Source: Escherichia coli
GTDB taxonomy: Bacteria; Pseudomonadota; Gammaproteobacteria; Enterobacterales; Enterobacteriaceae
Length of the DNA: 27,104 bases
Strand: one strand, 5' to 3'
Assembly (NCBI RefSeq): GCF_003334385.1
Contig: NZ_QOWN01000059.1
The notes beneath the pieces are model-generated. The model was not told where the DNA came from, did no database searches, and worked only from the letters and a program-made list of their open reading frames with translations. Position 1 is the stretch's first letter. Each line of letters opens with the position of its first letter. Positions 19,131 through 26,523 of the stretch are shown piece after piece. Both the position numbers and the translations under genes were made by a program.

Positions 19131-19165
19131 AAAACACCAGTAAAAAGCCTCGCTAATGCGAGGCT
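19131..19165 (-). terminator. Rho-independent terminator after the membrane moron
   Basis: On the minus strand: stem AGCCUCGC, loop AUUA, stem GCGAGGCU, then UUUUUACUGGUGUUUUU. Confidence 0.5.
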
Positions 19166-19207
19166 AATTCATAGTAACAATTTACTCTGACAGTACCACG
19201 ACTGTAG

Positions 19208-19897
19208 TTAAATCTTTGTTCGCTGATAATCAGCAGAATCAATTAAATTATACATACCATTCATATCATGCTCATAATGATATTCAGATTCATACGAATA
19301 CCCCAATATACTCTCATAAGTCAAAACGACCCGAAAATGTTCAGGCACATCTCCAGCATTTATTTTATTTTTAGGAAATTTAATTGCGCCATTGCTACTT
19401 CTAAAAAAATGCGAGCTATATTCCCCGATAGGAGGGTCAAAAGTTAAGCTTATATTTTTCGCTGTTTTACCATCACTAAATACCGACCAATTATACTCAT
19501 ACTGTTCACCACTTTTAACTGACCATCCCAGATTCAACATATATAGATCAGGCTTCGTTTCTTTTTCTCTTTCCAGCCTTTCTGTCATGGCTTTGATTGA
19601 TTCATTTTCTAATTGCTGTTTAGAAACGGAAACCATCTCTTTATATTGTTCGACTGAGTTTTTCAACTCAGTGGCTTGTAACTTTAACGCTTCAGTATTT
19701 TGCTGTAGTTCTTTTTGTTGCTGTAAATACCCAAGCACAAGCCAAAAAAAGGCCACTGGGGAAAATGCACCAGCAAGAAAATCTCCAAACTCATTCCACG
19801 ACGTCATCTGGTTCAAATCAAGAACATGGATCGTAATACCTAAGCCAAAGAAATAAACGACACTAACTAAAACACCGCACCCAAAAATTCTCATCAT
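19208..19897 (-). CDS. Hypothetical membrane protein with coiled coil (moron)
   Basis: Visibly AT-rich ORF with two hydrophobic helices at the N-terminus, a coiled-coil stretch (QQQKELQQNTEALKLQATELKNSVEQYKEMV...) and a Tyr/Glu-rich C-terminal domain. Start placed at the ATG preceded by GGGGAGAGA; the track ORF extends to 19921. Confidence 0.55.
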   Translation of the reverse strand: MMRIFGCGVLVSVVYFFGLGITIHVLDLNQMTSWNEFGDFLAGAFSPVAFFWLVLGYLQQQKELQQNTEALKLQATELKNSVEQYKEMVSVSKQQLENESIKAMTERLEREKETKPDLYMLNLGWSVKSGEQYEYNWSVFSDGKTAKNISLTFDPPIGEYSSHFFRSSNGAIKFPKNKINAGDVPEHFRVVLTYESILGYSYESEYHYEHDMNGMYNLIDSADYQRTKI

Positions 19898-19945
19898 TCT
19901 CTCCCCATTTGGAGAAAACATTTAACAACTGTCAAATAGTCAAGG

Positions 19946-20407
19946 TCAATGCAAACACTGCAACTTTACATACTCCTGCAAGTAGTTAACCTGCGCCGTT
20001 ATCTTGTCGATTCCACTTCGGAGACGGTAATAATTGAGTTCAGCATCTGCTGTAAGTCTTGGACTTTCTCCATCGCCCATGCCGCTGGCTCTGGTCGTTG
20101 ACTTTGCACAGGTGGCAGCGACTTGCAGGCGCTTACGCCCAGCAGAAACATCAGCACGGAGACTTTCGATAGTCGCGTTAGCATCAGCAAGCTCCTTTGT
20201 GTATCTGGCGTCAAGTTCTGCTACGTCACGTTGACGCTTCTGCATATCAGAGATGGTCGCCATAGCCGAATCTAATGCCATAGCATTCTCATCACGCTGC
20301 TTTTTGTATTCAATAGCTTTATTGTGGTAATGATTCACTGAACAGATAAAAGAACCAACGACAGAAACGAAGAAAACAGCGATAACCAGCTTATAGCTCA
20401 ACTTCAT
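19946..20407 (-). CDS. rz: Rz-type i-spanin
   Basis: 153-aa ORF with an N-terminal transmembrane helix and coiled coil, closely resembling lambda Rz (NHYHNKAIEYKKQRDENA...MQKRQRDVAELDARYTKELADA); overlaps the endolysin 3' end. Confidence 0.8.
   Translation of the reverse strand: MKLSYKLVIAVFFVSVVGSFICSVNHYHNKAIEYKKQRDENAMALDSAMATISDMQKRQRDVAELDARYTKELADANATIESLRADVSAGRKRLQVAATCAKSTTRASGMGDGESPRLTADAELNYYRLRSGIDKITAQVNYLQEYVKLQCLH
19999..20184 (-). CDS. rz1: Rz1-type o-spanin lipoprotein embedded in rz in the +1 frame
   Basis: Signal peptide with lipobox (MLTRLSKVSVLMFLLGVSAC) and a Pro-rich mature part, fully inside rz. Start chosen at the second Met; the track ORF extends to 20214. Confidence 0.7.
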   Translation of the reverse strand: MLTRLSKVSVLMFLLGVSACKSLPPVQSQRPEPAAWAMEKVQDLQQMLNSIITVSEVESTR

Positions 20408-20867
20408 TTACCACCCCACCAGCCTCTTTAAACCGGGCAATCAGGTCATCGATTTTATGTTCATACTGACCGTAACCCGCACCGGGTAACGACGCCCAGA
20501 TATTGCTGCAACGATCGATAGCCTGACGGATATCACCGCGATCAATCATCGGTAAAGCACCACGCTCTTTAATCTGCTGTAATGCCACTGAGTCCTGGCT
20601 TTTGGGAGAGAAGTCTTTCAGCCCAAGCTGCTTGCGGTAAGCATCCCACCAGCGTGAAAGAAGTTGATAACGGCCTGCAGCTGTTGATTTGAGTTTCGGG
20701 TTTAGCATGACAAGTTTACGAGGGTGATCGGAGTAATCAGTGAACAGTTCGCCACCGACAATAACATCATAACCATGATTTCTCGTTTTCTGCCGTCCGT
20801 TATCCGTTCCTTCTGACCATGCCACCATATCCAGGAAAGCTTTACGCTGGGAATTTAGTACCTGCAT
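20391..20867 (-). CDS. Endolysin, lambda R-type lytic transglycosylase
   Basis: 158-aa ORF nearly collinear with recalled lambda R (NSQRKAFLDMVAWSEGTDNGRQKTRNHGYDVIVGGELFTDYSDHPRKL...). Confidence 0.9.
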   Translation of the reverse strand: MQVLNSQRKAFLDMVAWSEGTDNGRQKTRNHGYDVIVGGELFTDYSDHPRKLVMLNPKLKSTAAGRYQLLSRWWDAYRKQLGLKDFSPKSQDSVALQQIKERGALPMIDRGDIRQAIDRCSNIWASLPGAGYGQYEHKIDDLIARFKEAGGVVNEVEL

Positions 20868-20870
20868 AAA

Positions 20871-21197
20871 TTACTCCTTAGAGCCACCAAACTTGTTACC
20901 GATTACTCTCATTGCAGCCCCACGAATAGCATCGACACCGATCAGCCCCACCCCACCACCAATGGCAACAGATAGTGATTTAGGCCATCCGACATACTCA
21001 AGAGCGGATGCAAAAGTCAGCGTCAGAGCACCACAGAGCAAAATCTCGAGCGTTTTTCGCTTCCAGCCACCACCACCGCCAAAATAGGCAATGCGCAAGC
21101 CAGCCATAACGATCGACATAATTACTGCGCCCAGCGGCGTGTCTCCACGCCACCAGCTCTGGACCAACTCCAGCCAGGTATTTGGGTTATGAGGCAT
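20871..21197 (-). CDS. Holin (putative)
   Basis: 108-aa hydrophobic protein with two to three predicted transmembrane segments, immediately upstream of the endolysin with a 4-nt gap. Confidence 0.6.
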   Translation of the reverse strand: MPHNPNTWLELVQSWWRGDTPLGAVIMSIVMAGLRIAYFGGGGGWKRKTLEILLCGALTLTFASALEYVGWPKSLSVAIGGGVGLIGVDAIRGAAMRVIGNKFGGSKE

Positions 21198-21337
21198 TTG
21201 TAGTTATCTCTCACCTCGCCGATACAAGAGGTGCAAATTGAGGGAGTACCACGAACCGCAAATCAGAAGCGGAAACGTAAAAGAAGCCGAGCCAATGGAT
21301 AAGAGCTAGATAGACCAAGCCCAACGAATACCAAAGC

Positions 21338-21371
21338 CCAGAAACGACAAAACCCGCTCAATGGCGGGTTT
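21338..21371 (-). terminator. Candidate tR'-type intrinsic terminator in the late leader
   Basis: On the minus strand: stem AAACCCGC, loop CAUUGA, stem GCGGGUUU, then UGUCGUUUC; about 70-100 nt downstream of the candidate late promoter and upstream of the holin. Confidence 0.4.
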
Positions 21372-21416
21372 AAGCTGTGTGGCGAAGTAACCACTCTTAA
21401 CATAATACAATACTTT

Positions 21417-21445
21417 TTGCGTACGCGTTAATAATTCTATATTAT
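21417..21445 (+). promoter_or_regulatory. Candidate sigma70 promoter of the ATPase-methyltransferase operon (TTGCGT-N17-TATTAT)
   Basis: Plus-strand hexamers at 21417-21422 and 21440-21445, about 30 nt upstream of the GTG start at 21476. Its -10 overlaps the -10 of the divergent late promoter. Confidence 0.35.
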
Positions 21446-21470
21446 ACAAGAAAAACAAGCTGGAAGACAA
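21441..21470 (-). promoter_or_regulatory. Candidate Q-dependent late promoter (pR'-like): TTGTCT-N18-TATAAT, with a second -10-like TAGAAT just downstream
   Basis: Minus-strand hexamers at 21465-21470 (-35) and 21441-21446 (-10), followed by an intrinsic terminator and then the lysis genes. Confidence 0.35.
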
Positions 21471-21475
21471 TTAAA

Positions 21476-23254
21476 GTGAGTGAAATCAGAAAGTTAAAAG
21501 GGCTAATGAATACAAATGCTATTGAGCCGTTCATTCGCCATATACGGTTTCCGTATTTTAAAAATCTTGAAGAATATAGCACTATACATTTTCACTATCC
21601 TATTACTGCATTAGTTGGTCAAAATGGAACCAATAAAAGCTCAGTATTACGTGCATTATATGGTTCTCCAAATAATTATTCCTTAGGAAATCTTTGGTTT
21701 TCAACTGATCTAGACGAGATTAAAGATGGTGGTCGTTCTAGATTTATTTATGGATACTATGATTCCGCATCTAAAGATGTTGTTGAAGTAATAAAAACAA
21801 GGATTGTAGACAAGGAGGATCCTGATTTATGGGAAACTTCGAGACCTCTAACTAAAGATGGTATGAAAAAAATACCAACAGATATTATTTCGCCAAATCA
21901 GCAAAAATCACGCTGGAAACAGATAGACAAAATTGTCACATATATTGATTTTAGAGCTTCGATCAGTGCATTCGATAAATTCTTTTATCATTCGGACTTT
22001 GATCTTTATCCAAAGAAAAATCACCTGAGAAAAAGAAGCCATCTTCTTAAAGAGATAATAGATAAAGGCCTAACATCATACAAGCCCTTTAAAGGTAAAA
22101 AAGAAAGGTTGTATAAGAATGAATTACTTTCTCAAGAGAAGGTAGAAATCATCAGCGATATACTTGGTAGACCTTACAAAACAATTAGACTTATTGAGCA
22201 TGCCTTATTTACAAACAATAAGGCTTCAACCGTTATTTTAGAGTCTCATAGTCTCAACTACTCCGAGGCTTTTGCAGGAAGTGGGGAGTTTGCAGTAACT
22301 ATTCTCGTAAATCAAATTGTTAACGCGCCAACAGCATCATTAATTCTTTTAGATGAACCCGAAGTCTCACTTCATCCAGCAGCACAGTTTAAATTGATGT
22401 CTTTTCTAAATAAGATTTGCTTAAAAAACAAACATCAAATTGTTATTTCAACACACTCATCATCTATAGTTAGCCAACTACCTAAGGAAGCCATAAAACT
22501 TTTTAATCTTAATTCAAACTCAGGAAAAGTTAGTATAGTTGAAAACGTTAGCCCTGAGGAAGCTTTCTTTACGCTTGGAGACCGACTATCAAAAAAAACT
22601 ATCTTTGTAGAAGATAAACTGGCTAAAAAATTCGTTGAGAAGGCTTTAAAATCAGGAGGTCCTGCCCTAGCCAATACATTTGATGTTATATATTGCCCAG
22701 CTGGTGCAAGCACATTATTAGGTAATATGATTGTCTCATTATTTTTATCAAGAGTTGATAATGCGGTATTTTTATTGGATGGTGATCAGAAGACAAGCCA
22801 TGATTTCATTACATCAGCCTTAATACCAAGCAGTGAAGATAATTCTTTAAATGAAAAAATAAAAAATATTCTTGGGTGTGAAATTAAAATACCAACTGAT
22901 GGGCATGGTGGAACTCCAAATAAACAGCAGAAGATTCAACTTCAGCGTGATTTCATTGATTTTTCATATAATTATGTAGGGTATTTACCTATCATTAATC
23001 CAGAAACTTTTTTGATTGACAATCTTCCGGCTTTTTACTCCGATATGATTAAAGATTTAAACTTATCAAAACTATCACCAAAATCAATAATTGCAGAAAT
23101 ATGTAAAAGAGACATAGAAAATAACGTTATAACTTCGGATGATATTTTCGCAACACAAATCAGGATACTAACCCGAATACCTGAGAATCATGTCGCATTT
23201 TCTGAAACGAGAGAAATGCTGAAATTTTTCCTTGAACATGGTAAGATAAGATAA
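21476..23254 (+). CDS. ABC-type ATPase with C-terminal TOPRIM-like nuclease domain (OLD/PARIS/Gabija-like architecture)
   Basis: 592-aa ORF. Walker A GQNGTNKSS (residues 48-56), Walker B LILLDEPE (289-296), H-loop ISTHS (324-328), then TOPRIM-like FVED (E379) and LLDGDQ (D435, D437). Visibly AT-rich. Start may be the GTG at 21476 or the ATG at 21506. Confidence 0.7.
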   Translation: MSEIRKLKGLMNTNAIEPFIRHIRFPYFKNLEEYSTIHFHYPITALVGQNGTNKSSVLRALYGSPNNYSLGNLWFSTDLDEIKDGGRSRFIYGYYDSASKDVVEVIKTRIVDKEDPDLWETSRPLTKDGMKKIPTDIISPNQQKSRWKQIDKIVTYIDFRASISAFDKFFYHSDFDLYPKKNHLRKRSHLLKEIIDKGLTSYKPFKGKKERLYKNELLSQEKVEIISDILGRPYKTIRLIEHALFTNNKASTVILESHSLNYSEAFAGSGEFAVTILVNQIVNAPTASLILLDEPEVSLHPAAQFKLMSFLNKICLKNKHQIVISTHSSSIVSQLPKEAIKLFNLNSNSGKVSIVENVSPEEAFFTLGDRLSKKTIFVEDKLAKKFVEKALKSGGPALANTFDVIYCPAGASTLLGNMIVSLFLSRVDNAVFLLDGDQKTSHDFITSALIPSSEDNSLNEKIKNILGCEIKIPTDGHGGTPNKQQKIQLQRDFIDFSYNYVGYLPIINPETFLIDNLPAFYSDMIKDLNLSKLSPKSIIAEICKRDIENNVITSDDIFATQIRILTRIPENHVAFSETREMLKFFLEHGKIR

Positions 23255-23280
23255 ATTTTAGATTATTATAGAGACAGATC

Positions 23281-24315
23281 ATGAAGAAAAAAATCAAAGT
23301 TTTTGACTTCTTTTCAGGATGCGGGGGAACAAGCAAAGGCCTTAAAGAGGCTGGGTGCGAAATTTTCTTCGGTCTCGATTATGATTATGACTCTGGTCAA
23401 ACCTTTCAGGCAAATAATCCTGATGCTATATTTTTTAATGAGGATATACGCTCCGTTAAGTTAAATGATTTATTTCAGCTTGTAAAAAAAGCGAAGCAAG
23501 ACTCACATGTTTTGTTTTGTGGTTGTGCTCCATGTCAACCGTTCTCAAGGCAAAATAAAAATAAAAGCAAAGAAGATCCTCGAAGAGGATTATTAAACGA
23601 ATTTGGTCGTTTTATCGAGTACTATTGTCCTGATTATGTACTGATAGAAAATGTTCCAGGATTACAAAAAGTTGATATTAACGATGGACCATTGCATGAT
23701 TTTATAACTCTTCTGAAAAAGAAAGATTATAATTTAGCTTATGGTGTGATTCCCGCTTTATGGTACGGAGTGCCTCAAACCAGAGAGCGTTTTGTTCTTA
23801 TGGCCTCACTTCATTCCCCAATCCATCTACCAGAGCGCACGCATAATGGCGAAGATATCCCATTTGCGACGGTAAGAGATTGGATCGGAAATATACCACC
23901 AATTGAGGCAGGTGAATCACATCCTACATTACGAGATCATGTTAGTGCAAAACTCTCTGCTTTAAATCTTAAAAGAATTAAAGCAACGCCAGAGGGTAAA
24001 GGTCGAGAGTTTTGGCCTAAAGAGTTGTTACTTGAATGTCATAAAAACCATACAGGTCACAGCGATGTATATGGCCGATTAGCATGGGATAAACCTGCTA
24101 GTGGATTAACTACAAGATGCATTAGTTACTCTAACGGAAGATTTGGCCATCCTGAGCAACACCGGGCAATTTCTGTTCGCGAGGCTGCACTGCTACAAAC
24201 ATTTCCATTGGATTATATATTCATCGGTTCAATGCTTTCTAAAGCTAAACAAATTGGTAATGCAGTCCCACCTAAAATGGCGGAGTCTATAGGGCATGTT
24301 TTTATGAATATTTAG
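23281..24315 (+). CDS. DNA cytosine-5 methyltransferase
   Basis: 344-aa ORF with C5-methyltransferase motifs in order: FDFFSGCGG (motif I), GCAPCQPFS (catalytic Cys85), LIENVPG, QTRERF and QIGNAVPP. Starts 26 nt after the ATPase gene. Confidence 0.9.
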   Translation: MKKKIKVFDFFSGCGGTSKGLKEAGCEIFFGLDYDYDSGQTFQANNPDAIFFNEDIRSVKLNDLFQLVKKAKQDSHVLFCGCAPCQPFSRQNKNKSKEDPRRGLLNEFGRFIEYYCPDYVLIENVPGLQKVDINDGPLHDFITLLKKKDYNLAYGVIPALWYGVPQTRERFVLMASLHSPIHLPERTHNGEDIPFATVRDWIGNIPPIEAGESHPTLRDHVSAKLSALNLKRIKATPEGKGREFWPKELLLECHKNHTGHSDVYGRLAWDKPASGLTTRCISYSNGRFGHPEQHRAISVREAALLQTFPLDYIFIGSMLSKAKQIGNAVPPKMAESIGHVFMNI

Positions 24316-24335
24316 CTGGAGCGTAAGCTCCAGCT
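24314..24335. terminator. Hairpin between the convergent methyltransferase and Q genes (possible bidirectional terminator)
   Basis: 9-bp stem AGCTGGAGC / GCTCCAGCT with loop GTAA, immediately after the methyltransferase stop and before the Q stop. No strong U-tract on either strand. Confidence 0.3.
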
Positions 24336-24338
24336 TAC

Positions 24339-24695
24339 CTATAACATTGACATTACTCCCTCAACAAATCCCAAGGCGGATTGCAAATCCTTCCGGATAG
24401 TCCCGTCCGAACATTTCCGCTTCTTTGCAATTGTGCGGAGTGAAATACCTATAACAAAGTGAACAATGAGCAGCTCAAACTCATCTGGCTTATACTTTCG
24501 TAACCGAGCCACACAACTGTCTACCATAATACCTTCGTCATCATCACACTGAATCCGGGACTTTTTGCCATGAGGTAAAAGCCCCTTAAAGCCAGCGGCT
24601 ACCTGTTGCCAATCCACACCACTGTTTTCTGCCGCAGCCCATGCCCCCCAGCGGTCCAAAACTTCATACATATCACGCATCAACTTTCTCCACAA
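24339..24695 (-). CDS. Late gene antiterminator Q (QuuD/phage 82 type)
   Basis: 118-aa ORF resembling recalled E. coli QuuD (VLDRWGAWAA...AAGFKGLL...SRIQCDDDEGIMVDSCVARL...CSDGTIRKDL). Confidence 0.7.
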   Translation of the reverse strand: MWRKLMRDMYEVLDRWGAWAAAENSGVDWQQVAAGFKGLLPHGKKSRIQCDDDEGIMVDSCVARLRKYKPDEFELLIVHFVIGISLRTIAKKRKCSDGTIRKDLQSALGFVEGVMSML

Positions 24696-24697
24696 AA

Positions 24698-25693
24698 TCA
24701 GGCCAGCACGCCTATTGCCAGCGCACGATCGATAAAACGAAATATCAGCTCCAACTGGGAGCCATACTTCTCTTCAAATGCCACGGTATCCGCATGTAGT
24801 TCGTCGTGATGCTTTCTGCACAAAGGCAACACAAAGAGGTCATGCGCTTTTGTACCCATTCCCCCCTGACCGTGGCCTATCAGGTGGTGGGGATCATCAG
24901 CAGGCTTTCCACAACATGCACACGGCTGTGTCTTAACCCAGCGCGTGTACTTTTCATTAACCCAGCGGCGACGTTTTGGGCGTAACATAAAAGACTCCGG
25001 CGACTCCGGATCCACTTTCAGCGCCAGCACCTTTTTCGCCTTATCCTGGATGATGCTGGTGGCAGGAACCGAAGGCACAAGGTCACTTTCCCGGGTGACA
25101 GACGGCACAACAGGCTTCGGTAATCTCAGTGCCTTACGGGCTGCACTTTCCGGTAAGGCATCCGCCAGGTCATTACGAATCAGCCACCAGCACAGTTCCG
25201 GCATTGTCACAACGTGACTGTCATCAAAACCGAGATCCCGACGCACAACAGACAACACCCAGCGGGCACAGTTATCCGTTGCCATTGATTCCAGCCGTTC
25301 CGTGAACTGATCGCGCAGCTGGTTATCGCAGTGCCAGCACAGACGGATTGCGCCCGGAGCGTGTCGCATTGTGGTCATGTTCTCGCTGTGCCAGTCGGAA
25401 TGAGGCCACTGGCAGCCTTTTTCACGAAGTAACCAGCTTTCAAGACATTCCACGCCACCAGCACGACGGATCACTGCCTCATTGCGGAACACGCCCCGAA
25501 CGGCAGGATCATCCGCCAGCGGTTGTGATGCCGCGGGAACGGCACCACTGGCGAAAGATGAATAACGCTCCGGCTCAGGCTCCAGCAGGACACGCCCCTG
25601 CATAAACAGGGGCATCAGCTCTGAACCTGGCCTGAACAATACGATCCCCATACGCGGGGCAATTTCAGGGGTCAGTAGTGCTCTCACGGTCAC
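24698..25693 (-). CDS. DUF968 (YdfU-like) prophage protein
   Basis: 331-aa ORF with a C-terminal Cys/His cluster (CACCGKPADDPHHLIGHGQGGMGTKAHDLFVLPLCRKHHDELH) typical of the YdfU family; directly upstream of Q. Confidence 0.6.
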   Translation of the reverse strand: MTVRALLTPEIAPRMGIVLFRPGSELMPLFMQGRVLLEPEPERYSSFASGAVPAASQPLADDPAVRGVFRNEAVIRRAGGVECLESWLLREKGCQWPHSDWHSENMTTMRHAPGAIRLCWHCDNQLRDQFTERLESMATDNCARWVLSVVRRDLGFDDSHVVTMPELCWWLIRNDLADALPESAARKALRLPKPVVPSVTRESDLVPSVPATSIIQDKAKKVLALKVDPESPESFMLRPKRRRWVNEKYTRWVKTQPCACCGKPADDPHHLIGHGQGGMGTKAHDLFVLPLCRKHHDELHADTVAFEEKYGSQLELIFRFIDRALAIGVLA

Positions 25694-25694
25694 C

Positions 25695-26504
25695 TCAATG
25701 AACGGTATCGAGCAGCTTTAACAGCTCAGGGAATCGGGATTCGAAGAAATGCGGCTGCGTCTCGCGCGGATTTGCAGGACTGGTGATGTTCTTGCCGAAC
25801 ATGCAGCCTTTCGCTGTCAGCGACCAGAATTTTTTGATGTTGTTAATCGCGGTACGGCTGTATCGTTCGCGCTGCTCGACGATCCCCAGCTTCACCATCT
25901 GGTGATATGCCTGATTAGCTGTCAGGTGGATACCATACTGCTTCAGCAGTGCACTCAGTGACAGCGTGGGGCGGCTTGAGCCATCAGGCGCGTCAGCAGG
26001 AGCATCAATGGCATAGCGCGGTGCCAGATTCGGTAAGCCAACAGCCTCCTGGAGTTTCTGACAGGCACCAAGCACTGAAGAGTTAGACAGGTTTAACTCC
26101 CTGCGCATAAAGTCCAGCAGAATCACTCCAGCCTGCATCTTGTCAGCAGCCTGCCCGGATAATTTTTCCGATGCGCTGGTTACCATATCGAAAGTACGGA
26201 TCACCTTCAGATGGAATGACGGGCTGATCCACATTGCATAGGCATACACCAGTTCTTTGCAGACATACGTCCCCTGGTTATTTCCGCCATTAATGACGCT
26301 AACTGGTTGATTTTGTTCCAGAGGTGGAATTCCACCCTCGGTGAAAAGTTGTTCAATCAATTCACAGGTTTGCTTATTGGAGAGCCAGTATTTCGGGCGG
26401 TTTTTTTGTTCTCCCCCGGCTGCCCTGTGCAGATCGTTCAGGCTGTAACGCCCATAAGCATCACGACGAACTTCAATACCATCAATGACCATCAGATTAT
26501 TCAT
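25695..26504 (-). CDS. KilA-N domain protein
   Basis: 269-aa ORF; N-terminal region (GRYSLNDLHRAAGGEQKNRPKYWLSNKQTCELIEQL) fits the KilA-N pattern. Confidence 0.55.
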   Translation of the reverse strand: MNNLMVIDGIEVRRDAYGRYSLNDLHRAAGGEQKNRPKYWLSNKQTCELIEQLFTEGGIPPLEQNQPVSVINGGNNQGTYVCKELVYAYAMWISPSFHLKVIRTFDMVTSASEKLSGQAADKMQAGVILLDFMRRELNLSNSSVLGACQKLQEAVGLPNLAPRYAIDAPADAPDGSSRPTLSLSALLKQYGIHLTANQAYHQMVKLGIVEQRERYSRTAINNIKKFWSLTAKGCMFGKNITSPANPRETQPHFFESRFPELLKLLDTVH

Positions 26505-26523
26505 ACTTCGTTTCTCCTCTTAA

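Noticed and set aside
18784-19137. 117-aa minus-strand ORF in an alternative frame overlapping the HNH gene
   Set aside because: The overlapping frame at 18779-19129 carries the complete HNH motif set, so this frame is the shadow.
21198-21475. Possible tRNA gene in the Q-to-holin intergenic region, where many lambdoid phages carry tRNAs
   Set aside because: No cloverleaf-compatible segment and no T-arm consensus (GGTTCGAATCC-like) was seen by eye; the structure there is better explained as promoter plus terminator. A tRNAscan run would be decisive.
22435-22713. 92-aa minus-strand ORF inside the ATPase gene
   Set aside because: Antisense to the 592-aa ORF that carries the ordered Walker motifs; no independent support.
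21476-24315. Considered whether the ATPase-methyltransferase pair is a type I or type III restriction-modification, BREX or DISARM fragment
   Set aside because: The methyltransferase is a C5-cytosine enzyme rather than the N6-adenine type of type I/III and BREX systems. No specificity subunit, SF2 helicase or PglZ-like gene is adjacent, and both neighbours are core phage genes, so the module is only two genes.
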